Shown piece after piece: positions 41,073-49,855 of a stretch of 64,000 bases of DNA; position 1 is the first letter of the stretch; each line of letters starts with the position of its first letter. The position numbers were made by a program, and so were the translations under genes. The notes under the pieces were generated by a model. It was given only the letters and a program-made list of their open reading frames with translations. It was not told the DNA's origin and ran no database searches. This DNA is from Gemmatimonadota bacterium (lineage in GTDB: Bacteria > Gemmatimonadota > Gemmatimonadetes > Longimicrobiales > Gaopeijiaceae). The DNA is taken from NCBI GenBank assembly GCA_007121775.1, contig SKJY01000097.1, positions 5,138 to 69,137 on the forward strand, given 5' to 3'.

Positions 41073-42653
41073 ATGAGCCGAGAGTTCCAATTCCAAGCCG
41101 CCATCTTTGACATGGACGGAGTCATCACCGACACCGCCCGCGTCCACGCAGAGGCGTGGAAGCAACTCATCGACAGCTATCTGGAGGAGTTGCGTGAACG
41201 CTCCCCCGACCCGGGGGCCGAATTGGCTCCTTTCCGACTCCCGGACGACTACCGCAACCATGTGGACGGAAAGCCCCGCTACCAGGGACTGGATGCCTTC
41301 CTCCAGCATCGGGGCATCGAACTCCCCTTCGGAACGCCGGAGGATGAGCCGGGAATAGAGACCGTCTGCGGACTGGCCAACGGAAAGGACCGGCTGTTCA
41401 ACGAGATCCTGGACCGGGAAGGGGCCGAGATCATCGAGGGGACCCTGGCCCTGATCCGAAATCTGAAGAACGCCGGGCTACGGGTCGCGGTGGCTTCATC
41501 GAGCCGGAACTGCCGGAGGATCCTGGAGCGAGCCGGGGTCCTGGACCTCTTCGAGGCCCGGGTGGATGGGGAGACACTCCGGGAACTGGGCCTCTCCGGC
41601 AAGCCGGACCCCGACATGTTCGTGGAAGCGGCCAGGAGGGTCGATTCAGGGCCGGCACAGAGCATCGTCTTCGAGGATGCCGGCTCAGGCGTGGAGGCTG
41701 GACGCCGGGGTGAATTCGGACTGGTGGTGGGCGTCGCCGAGAGCGACGAGCACCGTATCGCCCTCCGGGATGCCGGGGCGCACCTTGCTGTCACCCGTGC
41801 GGGCATGGGCGACCTGACCCTCGACCTGCTGGATCGGTGGTTCTCGGAAGCCAGCGAACGCCGCCCCTCGGCGCTGGAGCACTGGCCTGCCCTGGCCGAG
41901 CGTTTCCGCACCTTTCAGCCGGCGATCTTCCTGGACTATGACGGGACCCTCACCCCCATTGTATCCCGACCGGACCAGGCCGTGATCCCCCCGGAGACCC
42001 AGGAGGTCGTGCGGACGCTGGCCACTCGCTACCCCACGACGGTGGTGAGCGGTCGCGGTCGGGACGATGTGGCTCGGCTCGTCGGTGTGGATGGCCTGAA
42101 CTACGCCGGGAGTCATGGCTACGACATCGAAGCCGCCTCCACGGGTGAGGATGACGGCTCCGAGCCCATCCGGCATGAGGTTGCCGCCGAGGTCCTCCCC
42201 CTGATCGAGGAACTCACCGACCATCTGGAGGGCGAACTGGCGGATGTAGAGGGAACGGTGGTGGAGCCGAAGCGCTTCACCGTGGCGGTCCACTACCGGA
42301 TGGTGGCAGAGGACGAGGTGGGCCGGGTAGAGGAGGCCGTCACCGCGGCGGTGGCCAACCACCCGGAGCTTCGGGTCGCTGATGGCAAGAAGGTCTTCGA
42401 GATCCGTCCAGACCTGGATTGGGACAAGGGGAAGGCGATCCTCTGGCTCCGGGAAGCGCTGGGGCTGGATGGTGACGAGGTGATGCCCCTGTACGTGGGG
42501 GACGACACCACCGACGAAGACGCCTTCCGGATCCTGGGAGAACAGGGGCTCGGAGTGGTGGTGACCGACGTCCCCCGCCCCACCCACGCCGGATATCAAC
42601 TCCAGGACACGGTGGAGGTCCGGGAGTTCCTCAGGCGGATCGCCGAGCTCTAG
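41073..42653 (+). CDS. Two-HAD-domain protein: beta-phosphoglucomutase-like hydrolase fused to trehalose-6-phosphate phosphatase (OtsB-like)
   Basis: N-half: [13 protein letters not shown]...VASSSRN...GKPDPDMF...[12 protein letters not shown] (HAD-IA). C-half: [13 protein letters not shown]...VVSGRGRDD...KGKA...[13 protein letters not shown] (T6PP motifs). ATG at 41073. Confidence 0.85.
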   Translation: MSREFQFQAAIFDMDGVITDTARVHAEAWKQLIDSYLEELRERSPDPGAELAPFRLPDDYRNHVDGKPRYQGLDAFLQHRGIELPFGTPEDEPGIETVCGLANGKDRLFNEILDREGAEIIEGTLALIRNLKNAGLRVAVASSSRNCRRILERAGVLDLFEARVDGETLRELGLSGKPDPDMFVEAARRVDSGPAQSIVFEDAGSGVEAGRRGEFGLVVGVAESDEHRIALRDAGAHLAVTRAGMGDLTLDLLDRWFSEASERRPSALEHWPALAERFRTFQPAIFLDYDGTLTPIVSRPDQAVIPPETQEVVRTLATRYPTTVVSGRGRDDVARLVGVDGLNYAGSHGYDIEAASTGEDDGSEPIRHEVAAEVLPLIEELTDHLEGELADVEGTVVEPKRFTVAVHYRMVAEDEVGRVEEAVTAAVANHPELRVADGKKVFEIRPDLDWDKGKAILWLREALGLDGDEVMPLYVGDDTTDEDAFRILGEQGLGVVVTDVPRPTHAGYQLQDTVEVREFLRRIAEL

Positions 42654-43141
42654 GGAGCCTGCTCCGGTACCGTCCGCAGGTGGATGGTAGCCAGGGTGAA
42701 GCCTGCCACCACTTCGAACCGCACGTCGCCCAGGTGACCGTGGCCCGCGAAGGCCACGGTGGGAGTCCCGGGACGGGAGCCGTCGTTGGTGAGAGCCTCA
42801 TCGATCTCCCACCCGGCCTCTGCCAGGGCGTTCCGATAGGCTCGGTGGGCCTCGCCTGCGTCCATGTCCAGGGCCACTGTGACAATGTGGTAGGGCCCCT
42901 CGATCCTCCCTGAGAGGAACTCCCGGGGCACTTCCGTGACACCGGCGAGGCGCCCACCCGCCGGTAGGTGAGGGAACGCCTCGGGCCATCCCGCGGGCAA
43001 ACGCAGGGTATCCGGCGCGGCATTCGCCAAGGCCCAGCCCTCAACCACCGGTGAGGGAGAGGAGTGGACAGTAGGCGAGGCCACCGCCTCCGCCGTCACA
43101 CCGGCAAGGCCCAGTGTCAGGGCCGTCCAAAGCACGATCAT
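42650..43141 (-). CDS. Hypothetical secreted protein
   Basis: MIVLWTALTLGLAGVTAEAVA signal-like N-terminus. The start overlaps the upstream ABC-F stop as ATGA. No family recognised. Confidence 0.55.
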   Translation of the reverse strand: MIVLWTALTLGLAGVTAEAVASPTVHSSPSPVVEGWALANAAPDTLRLPAGWPEAFPHLPAGGRLAGVTEVPREFLSGRIEGPYHIVTVALDMDAGEAHRAYRNALAEAGWEIDEALTNDGSRPGTPTVAFAGHGHLGDVRFEVVAGFTLATIHLRTVPEQAP

Positions 43142-45081
43142 CTGGCCTCCTCCAGTGCGCGTTCCACCTCTTCCCACTCTTCCATAAGCTCGTCTACCTC
43201 CCGGGAGATTCGCTCCCGTTCTGCCTCCAGCACCCGGACCTCTTCCGGGTCGGCAGTCTGGAAGTAGCCGGGATCCGCAAAGGCCCCGTCGATCTCACCG
43301 AGACGCTCCTCCGCCTTCTCGATGCGTGCCGTCACGGTCCGGGACCGATCCCGTAGGCGGCTGACCCGGGCGGCGGCATCCCGCCCGCGGCGCCGAGCGT
43401 CCGGGGCACCCTTCCCATTGGATCCACTTCGCCTCCGGTCAGCTTCGTCCCGTCGCTCCTTCAGCACCACCTTATCGGCGTCCAGGTGGTCATGGCCCCG
43501 CCGCTCCACATACTCCTGGTAGCGCCCACGATAGTCCCTGAAACCCTCAGGGGTGATCTCCAGGATCCGGGTCGCCAGCTGTTCCACGAACCACCGATCG
43601 TGGGAGACGAAGAGGAGCGTGCCCTCAAAGCTGTCCAGCCCCTCCACCAGGGCTTCGATGGCCTCCATGTCCAGATGGTTGGTGGGCTCATCCAGCACCA
43701 GGACGTTGGGCCGATCCAGCGCCAGTCGACTGAAGACCAGGCGCGCCGCCTCTCCCCCTGACAGGGTCCCGACCTTGCGGAGAGCGTCATCCCCGGAGAA
43801 GAGCATGAGGGCCATGTGTCCCCGGACGAACCCCCGATCCCGACCGGGGCAGTGTCGCCAGATCCAGTCCTCGGCGGTCTGGTCCGGCTCCCCGAACCGC
43901 TCCCTGATGTTCTGGGAGAAGTAGCCGGGGTGGGTCTCATAGCCCCACTCCACCTCGCCGTCATCCGGATCCAGGTCCCCCACCAGGATCTTGAGGAGCG
44001 TCGACTTGCCGATCCCGTTGGGTCCCAGGATGGCCAGGCGATCGCCCCGGGCCACCTCCAGATCCACCCCGGGGAGCACCTCCCGATCGCCGAAGGACTT
44101 ACGGATTCCTCGTACCTTCAGGACGTCCTTCCCACTGGGACGTTGCGATTCGAACCGGAAGTTGGGATAGCGGCGGGAGCTCTCCGGAAGGTCTTCCAGC
44201 GCCTCGGATCGCTTCTCGATGAGCTTGAGCTTACTCTGAGCCTGTCGGGCCTTGCTGGCCTTGGCCCGGAACCGGTCCACGAAGCGCTGGTGGTGGGCGA
44301 TCTCCTTCTCCCGCCCGGCGATCTCCTTCCGGCGACGCTCCCGCTCCTCGGACTTCGCCGTGACGAAGTCCGAATACCCACCGGGGTAGAGCTGGACGGT
44401 CTCGTAGTCCACGTCCAGGATGTGGGTCGCCACATTGTCCAGGAACTGGTGGTCGTGGGAGATGACCACCAAAGGGCCCCGGACCTGACCCAGGAACTCC
44501 TCGAGCCAGCGGATGGAGAGAATATCCAGATGGTTGGTGGGCTCGTCCAGAAGCAGCACGTCCGGATTGCCGGCCAGAACCTGCGCCAGGAGAACCCTGA
44601 GCTTGAAGCCGCCTGAGAGGGTGGAGATGGGGTTCCGATGCACCTCGGACGGGATCCCGAGCCCTTCCAGGATAGTGGAGGCCCGTGCCTCGGCAGTGTA
44701 GCCATCGTGGAGCTGCACCACCTCTTCCACCCGAGCGTAGGCCTCGGCGTCGAAGCTCTCCTCGGCACGGGCCAGGATCCGCTCACGCTCCACCAATGCC
44801 TCCCAGAGCTCCTGGTTCCCCATGAGTGCCACATCCAGAATCGACTCCTCCTGGAAGGTGAAGTGATCCTGACGCAGGGTTCCCACCCGAAGTCGGGAAG
44901 GGATGGAGACTGCCCCCTCCGATGGGGCCATCTCGCCGGCCAGGATTTTCAGGAGCGTCGTCTTGCCGGAACCGTTGGCGCCCACAAGGCCGTACCGCTC
45001 TCCCGGATTCAACTGGAAGGACGCTCCGGAGAATAGGCTGCGGCCACCGAACCCCATGGCTAGATTGGAAACCGAGATCAT
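43138..45081 (-). CDS. ABC-F family ATPase (two ABC domains, C-terminal coiled coil)
   Basis: MISVSNLAMGFGGRSLF...GANGSGKTTLLK...LSGGFKLRVLLAQ...LLLDEPTNHLD; second domain GPNGIGKSTLL...LSGGEAARL...LVLDEPTNHLD. No TM region. Start at cat 45079-45081. Confidence 0.93.
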   Translation of the reverse strand: MISVSNLAMGFGGRSLFSGASFQLNPGERYGLVGANGSGKTTLLKILAGEMAPSEGAVSIPSRLRVGTLRQDHFTFQEESILDVALMGNQELWEALVERERILARAEESFDAEAYARVEEVVQLHDGYTAEARASTILEGLGIPSEVHRNPISTLSGGFKLRVLLAQVLAGNPDVLLLDEPTNHLDILSIRWLEEFLGQVRGPLVVISHDHQFLDNVATHILDVDYETVQLYPGGYSDFVTAKSEERERRRKEIAGREKEIAHHQRFVDRFRAKASKARQAQSKLKLIEKRSEALEDLPESSRRYPNFRFESQRPSGKDVLKVRGIRKSFGDREVLPGVDLEVARGDRLAILGPNGIGKSTLLKILVGDLDPDDGEVEWGYETHPGYFSQNIRERFGEPDQTAEDWIWRHCPGRDRGFVRGHMALMLFSGDDALRKVGTLSGGEAARLVFSRLALDRPNVLVLDEPTNHLDMEAIEALVEGLDSFEGTLLFVSHDRWFVEQLATRILEITPEGFRDYRGRYQEYVERRGHDHLDADKVVLKERRDEADRRRSGSNGKGAPDARRRGRDAAARVSRLRDRSRTVTARIEKAEERLGEIDGAFADPGYFQTADPEEVRVLEAERERISREVDELMEEWEEVERALEEAR

Positions 45082-45100
45082 CGCTTCGGTATTGCCCGGT

Positions 45101-45859
45101 CTACATGCTGATGGTATAGGGGAACCAGGAGGCCACGGTGTCGCTGCCACGCCTGGCGGGTTGGAAGAGCCACTGGGCGGCCTCCCGAATGAGTTGCTCG
45201 TTGAAGCGTCGGTCCGAGGTAGGCGGCTCGAGTCGGGTGGAGTCGGGAACCACCCGTCCCGCCTCATCCACGAAGACCCAGACCTCCACCTGCGTGCCCC
45301 GAAGACTCCGGTTCGTCGGCGGGATGATCATGCCACGGGGGGTGGGTGGAATAAGGCGGGTCAGCCCCTCGTCTCCAGTCCCCGCATCGCCGGCTCCGGT
45401 CGCGCCTGGGAGTCCGGTGGGCTCGTCGTCATCGTCTGAACCCACGGTGGCGCCGCCGGCCGGGTCCGGGACCTCCGGTTCCTCCAAGGCGATCTCCGGC
45501 GTTGCATCCGGCTCGGTCTCCGGGGGCTCGGGCACATCGAGCTCGAAGGTGGGGACCGGCGGCGGCTGGATGGGATCGGCGGGCGCCGCACTGAGCGCCA
45601 CCGCCCGCATGATCCCCTCCGCCGGATCTTCGTCCTGCTCCCTGGCTCCTGCGGCTGAGAAGGGTGAATCGGGCAACCCGCCCGAGGGCCAGAGGAGCAC
45701 CGCCAGGACATGCAGGATCAGAGAGGCAGCCCCGGCCCGGAACCAGACCCGCCTCTCCCCCTTCCGGCGCTCCCCAAGGTCAGGGCGCTCCTGGAGGGCG
45801 TTCCCGGGGGGGGGCTCTGTACCGTCGCCCCGTCGCCCCCCGATGGGCTCCCCTGCCAT
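45101..45859 (-). CDS. TonB-family energy-transducer-like protein
   Basis: One N-terminal TM helix (AGAASLILHVLAVLLW), a Pro/Glu-rich spacer (PPPVPTFELDVPEPPETEPD...), then a C-terminal ~80-aa domain ...VEVWVFVDEAGRVV...FNEQLIREAAQWLFQPARRGSDTVASWF typical of TonB_C. Confidence 0.7.
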   Translation of the reverse strand: MAGEPIGGRRGDGTEPPPGNALQERPDLGERRKGERRVWFRAGAASLILHVLAVLLWPSGGLPDSPFSAAGAREQDEDPAEGIMRAVALSAAPADPIQPPPVPTFELDVPEPPETEPDATPEIALEEPEVPDPAGGATVGSDDDDEPTGLPGATGAGDAGTGDEGLTRLIPPTPRGMIIPPTNRSLRGTQVEVWVFVDEAGRVVPDSTRLEPPTSDRRFNEQLIREAAQWLFQPARRGSDTVASWFPYTISM

Positions 45860-45882
45860 CTCACCTCACTGCTTGAAGGAAT

Positions 45883-45909
45883 CCGGGGGGTGGAAACTCC
45901 ACCCCCCGG
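45883..45909 (-). terminator. Hairpin downstream of the ba3 oxidase operon
   Basis: ccggggggtgga-aac-tccaccccccgg is a perfect 12-bp inverted repeat. It lies 64 nt past the cbaA stop, and a weak T-rich tail follows on the minus strand. Confidence 0.5.
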
Positions 45910-45972
45910 CCTTCTAATACGATCCGGGACCCCGGATGGTTTCCCACTCCGACGAGGAGCGGAAACCGAGGA

Positions 45973-47655
45973 TCAGAAGAACCGATAAGGCGGCGAAGTG
46001 AAGGCCCCCGGCAGGTACGATGCGAAGAAGGGTCCGTAGGCGATGAGGACCAGGACCACCGCCGCGATGATCCAGTAGCGGAACCGGTCCAGCTTCACCT
46101 CCCAGCCAGTCTCCGCCGGCGCCTCATGCGTGACGGTGAAGGGGATGTCCGGCTCCCCTTCCGTCTTCTTTCCAAAGAGCACCGTTCCCGCCAACACGGC
46201 GAAAAAGAGAACCCCGCCGATGAACATGAGGGTCCCGCCCAGCCCGGTGAGAAGGCCCGCCAGCTCCCATCCTTCCTTGGTGTACGGAGCTTCCATGATG
46301 AGCGTGCGCCGGGGCATTCCGTCGAGACCTCCGGAGATGAGCCCCCTGGCCATCACCAGGACCCCGATGAAGTACACCCACGATGACAGCAGCGCCATCC
46401 CCTTCCCCACCAGCTCCCTGCGGGTCAGATACGGAATCAGCCAGTACGCGATACCGAAGAAGGACATGGTGACCGCCGAGCCCACCGTCATGTGGAAGTG
46501 ACCCGGCACCCAGGCCGTGTTGTGGATGGCCTGGTTCAGATTGTAGGAGGCGTTGATGAGACCGGTGGCTCCGCCCAGGGTGAAGCTGAGCATGGCCAGT
46601 AGCTGTGCCACCAGCGCCGGGTTCTTCCAGTCCAGCCGAGCGAACCAGTTCACGAGGCCGGAGCCCCCCCGGCGACGCCCTCCGATCTCCAGGGCGTACA
46701 TGACCGAGAAGGCCGTGACCAGAGAAGGGAAGAAGACGCCGAAGGTCAGACCGGCGTGGATGGCCTTCATCCCACCACTGATCCCCGGATCCGTGTACTG
46801 ATGGTGAAAGCCGGTGGGGATGGAGAGGAGGAGGAACATGATGAACACGACCCGCGTTAGGGGGTCGCTGAAGAGCTTGCCTCCGGCATGCCGGGGGACC
46901 ATCACGTACCAGGACACGTAGGCCGGCAGGAGCCAGAAGTACACGATGGGGTGGCCGCTGAACCAGAAGAGGGTCCGGGTCAGGAGGGGGTCCACCGTGG
47001 CCACCAGGCCCAGTGACCAGGGTAGGAGGATGCCCACTACCGAAACGGCGATTCCCAGCGACGCCAGTACCCACATCCCGTAGGTAGCCACCGAGATGTA
47101 GGCCATGAGGGGAATCCGCTTGCCGGGATTCTCCCTCCGCCACCCCGCCAGGGCGACAAAGAGGATCCCCGCCGTCACCCAGGTGCTGACGACCAGGAGT
47201 ACGAGCCCCAGGTAGAAGCTCCAGTGGGCCTGCAATGGGGAGTAGAAGGTGTACAGGACAGAGGCCCGTCCCGTGCCGATGGAGAACCCCGCCAGCGCGA
47301 ACCCCGCCACCATGAGGCCAAACACCACCCACAGCGCCGCTAGGGGGAGCTGCCTGGCCAGTGCCCGGGAAGTGGTGAGGGCCAGGAAGCCGTTGGTGAA
47401 GGCGAAGGTGAAGACGATGGCGTTCACCACCCCGTGGACCGTCAGCCCCTGGTAGTAGTCGCGCATCCCCGGGAAGTACTGGAGGATGTCGATGCGGGCG
47501 TAGTTGAGCGCCTGACCGAGACCGTTGATGATCCCGATGGCCAGGGCCGCGAACCCCAGGTAGATCATCCAGGCGATGACACGACGGTGACCGTCGCCCA
47601 GGTGGAACCCGTCGGGGCTCTCCACCACAGGAGCATTGAAGGTTGAGGTATTCAT
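45973..47655 (-). CDS. cbaA: Cytochrome c oxidase subunit I, B-family (ba3-type)
   Basis: ~13 TM helices. ...LTVHGVVNAIVF...WFSGHPIVYFWLLPAY...IPTGFHHQY...VPGHFHMTVG are heme/CuB His ligand contexts of ba3-type oxidases. ATGA overlap with subunit II. Confidence 0.93.
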   Translation of the reverse strand: MNTSTFNAPVVESPDGFHLGDGHRRVIAWMIYLGFAALAIGIINGLGQALNYARIDILQYFPGMRDYYQGLTVHGVVNAIVFTFAFTNGFLALTTSRALARQLPLAALWVVFGLMVAGFALAGFSIGTGRASVLYTFYSPLQAHWSFYLGLVLLVVSTWVTAGILFVALAGWRRENPGKRIPLMAYISVATYGMWVLASLGIAVSVVGILLPWSLGLVATVDPLLTRTLFWFSGHPIVYFWLLPAYVSWYVMVPRHAGGKLFSDPLTRVVFIMFLLLSIPTGFHHQYTDPGISGGMKAIHAGLTFGVFFPSLVTAFSVMYALEIGGRRRGGSGLVNWFARLDWKNPALVAQLLAMLSFTLGGATGLINASYNLNQAIHNTAWVPGHFHMTVGSAVTMSFFGIAYWLIPYLTRRELVGKGMALLSSWVYFIGVLVMARGLISGGLDGMPRRTLIMEAPYTKEGWELAGLLTGLGGTLMFIGGVLFFAVLAGTVLFGKKTEGEPDIPFTVTHEAPAETGWEVKLDRFRYWIIAAVVLVLIAYGPFFASYLPGAFTSPPYRFF

Positions 47656-48119
47656 TCGACGATCACCCTGGCATACATGAGATGGTGTCCGGCACCACAG
47701 AATTCATGACAGATGATGAGGTGTTCCCCAGGTTCCCGGAACGTGTAGCTCTGGCGGGCCACCTGGCCGGGAATGAGCATGAAGTTCACGCGAGTCCCCT
47801 CCACATGGAATCCGTGGATCACATCGGTGGCCGTGGCGATGAAGGTCACCTCCGAGCCTGCCGGCACCGTGATCTCCCGGGGCTGGAAGCCCCAGGCAAA
47901 CCCCAGGAAGACCGCCTCATACTGTCCCTCACCCACCTCCCGGAGCCCCGGTTCGTCGAAGGGGGCGGTTTGCCTTACCTCGCGGGGATCCACCGTTGCC
48001 TCCACCCCGGGCAGGTGCATCCCCATCCCATAGGCCGAATAGAAGAGCGCCAGGAGGAAGACCAGGAGCATGGAGGCGCAGAGGGAGAGGAACACCATCT
48101 CCACTTTCTTGACGTTCAT
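47652..48119 (-). CDS. cbaB: Cytochrome c oxidase subunit II, ba3-type (CuA)
   Basis: One TM helix plus a cupredoxin domain: ...TDVIHGFHVEGT...ICHEFCGAGHHLM (CuA ligands H, CxxxC, H, M). Confidence 0.92.
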   Translation of the reverse strand: MNVKKVEMVFLSLCASMLLVFLLALFYSAYGMGMHLPGVEATVDPREVRQTAPFDEPGLREVGEGQYEAVFLGFAWGFQPREITVPAGSEVTFIATATDVIHGFHVEGTRVNFMLIPGQVARQSYTFREPGEHLIICHEFCGAGHHLMYARVIVE

Positions 48120-48123
48120 CCCA

Positions 48124-48276
48124 TTACCTCCCGATGAACTCGAAGTAGATGGAAAGCCACATCCCGGCCATGGCCATGATGTAGAGCATGAGGAGGAAGA
48201 GGGTGCCGGTGGGCGGAGGGAGCGTCTCGTCCTGCTCCCCCTGCGGCTGGCTTCCGGTGGAAGACTCGGGGGTCAT
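48124..48276 (-). CDS. Unlisted 50-aa single-TM micro-ORF, candidate ba3 oxidase subunit IIa-like
   Basis: Hand translation gives MTPESSTGSQPQGEQDETLPPPTGTLFLLMLYIMAMAGMWLSIYFEFIGR*. Its stop lies 4 nt before the subunit II start, and its last codons supply the GGGAGG SD for subunit II. It is below the 60-aa cutoff of the ORF track. Confidence 0.5.
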   Translation of the reverse strand: MTPESSTGSQPQGEQDETLPPPTGTLFLLMLYIMAMAGMWLSIYFEFIGR

Positions 48277-48319
48277 GAATACGCACTCTGATGGGGAATC
48301 GTGAAGGGAGTGGGACGTC

Positions 48320-48565
48320 TCACTCCCAGGGCAGGCGGCTCTGGAGATACCGGGCCATCAGCCAGGCAAAACCAACGAAGACGCCCAGCACAGCAAGGGC
48401 CAGGAGGAAGAGGCCTCCCTCAACCGGGCGCCCCGCCATGAAGTCGCTGAGGGTGCCCCAGATCAGCAGGCTCATGGCCGATCCGGCGACGAAGAAGACG
48501 GTGAGCACAAGGGCAAACCCCAGGGGGGAAAACGAGGAACCGTTGGGGCTGGACGAAGAGGCCAT
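48320..48565 (-). CDS. Small two-TM membrane protein at the head of the oxidase operon
   Basis: MASSSSPNGSSFSPLGFALVLTVFFVAGSAMSLLIWGTLSDFMAGRPVEGGLFLLALAVLGVFVGFAWLMARYL. Start taken at the internal ATG (cat at 48563-48565). Confidence 0.5.
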   Translation of the reverse strand: MASSSSPNGSSFSPLGFALVLTVFFVAGSAMSLLIWGTLSDFMAGRPVEGGLFLLALAVLGVFVGFAWLMARYLQSRLPWE

Positions 48566-48851
48566 GGGATGGGAGGTCGGGTCAGGATGGAAGACTCGGG
48601 GAACTTTGATCACGCAGGATCCGCCCCCCGATCAGGGATGGTCGGGACCGACTCCGGAACCGGGTTCCCCCCCGAAAGTAAGACCAATTCCTGTTGGCGC
48701 AAGGAAGAATTCCTGCCAGGATCGCACCGCTTGCGCCCCCTCCCACCTCCCACGAACTTTCCCAGGCCCCGGAGCTGTCCCGCCCCGCCTTCGGGTGAGC
48801 CGGGCAACCCCCGGCGCCGCCCCGACCCCCCCTCCCAGAACCCCCTCGGTC

Positions 48852-49793
48852 ATGGCATCCGCTGACGCCTCCCCCACCGAAGCGCCCTCCCCGGGCGCCG
48901 ACAGCACAGCCACTTCGGTGGTGTCGGAGAGTGGTCGCGTCCGGGCATTCTATGAACTGACCAAGCCCGGGATCGCCGGCTTCGTCATGATGACGGCGGG
49001 GGTCTCCTACTTCGTGGCCGCAGGGGGGGAGGCGGCGCTGCTTCCGGTGCTCCACACCCTTCTGGGAACAGTGCTGGCCACCGGGGGAGCTCTGGCCCTC
49101 AATCAGTATCTGGAGCGGGATCTGGACCGCCTCATGTTCCGGACCCGGCGTCGACCCATCCCTTCCGGACGCGTCTCCCCCACGGAAGCCCTGCTCTTCG
49201 GGGGCCTCCTCCTGATCCTGGGAACGGGATACCTACTGGGAACGCTAGGCTGGCTCCCGGCGGCGCTGACCCTCTTTTCGGCGGCGGCTTACAACCTAGC
49301 GTATACCCCGCTCAAATCACGCTCCTACTCGGCGACGCTGGTGGGAGCGATTCCAGGCGCCATGCCCGCTCTCATCGGGTGGAGCGCTGCAACCGGGACC
49401 GTTACCCTGGGCGGTCTCGTGCTCTTCGCCATCGCCTTTCTCTGGCAGCTCCCCCACGTTCTGGCCCTGGCATGGCTCCTTCGGGAAGACTACGCCCGGG
49501 CCGGTTTCTACCTGACGCCGCCGGCCGACCGCGACGGGCGAATCATCGCCCGCCAGATGGTGCTCTACACGGCTGCCCTTCTTCCTGTGAGCCTGGTGCC
49601 CACCCTCATCCAGCTCACCGGGTGGATCTACTTCACCGGAGCTCTGGTGCTGGGCGCCATTCTGCTGGTCTGGACACTCCAGGCCGCACGGACCATGGAG
49701 AGGGTCGCCCTGAGGAAGGTCTTCCTGGGATCCCTGGGCTACCAGCCCGTGCTCCTGGGGTTCATGCTTATCGATACCCTCCCCCGGGGCTGA
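48852..49793 (+). CDS. ctaB: Protoheme IX farnesyltransferase (heme O synthase)
   Basis: ...AFYELTKPGIAGFVMMTA...ALNQYLERDLDRLMFRTRRRPIPSGR...YTPLKSRS...GAIPGAMPALIGW is the UbiA-family pattern. It is divergent from the oxidase operon. ATG at 48852. Confidence 0.92.
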   Translation: MASADASPTEAPSPGADSTATSVVSESGRVRAFYELTKPGIAGFVMMTAGVSYFVAAGGEAALLPVLHTLLGTVLATGGALALNQYLERDLDRLMFRTRRRPIPSGRVSPTEALLFGGLLLILGTGYLLGTLGWLPAALTLFSAAAYNLAYTPLKSRSYSATLVGAIPGAMPALIGWSAATGTVTLGGLVLFAIAFLWQLPHVLALAWLLREDYARAGFYLTPPADRDGRIIARQMVLYTAALLPVSLVPTLIQLTGWIYFTGALVLGAILLVWTLQAARTMERVALRKVFLGSLGYQPVLLGFMLIDTLPRG

Positions 49794-49855
49794 GGGCCGC
49801 GGTTGGCCATGGAACGCCCCGGGAACCCCAATCCAGATCCGGAGCCTCCCGATCC

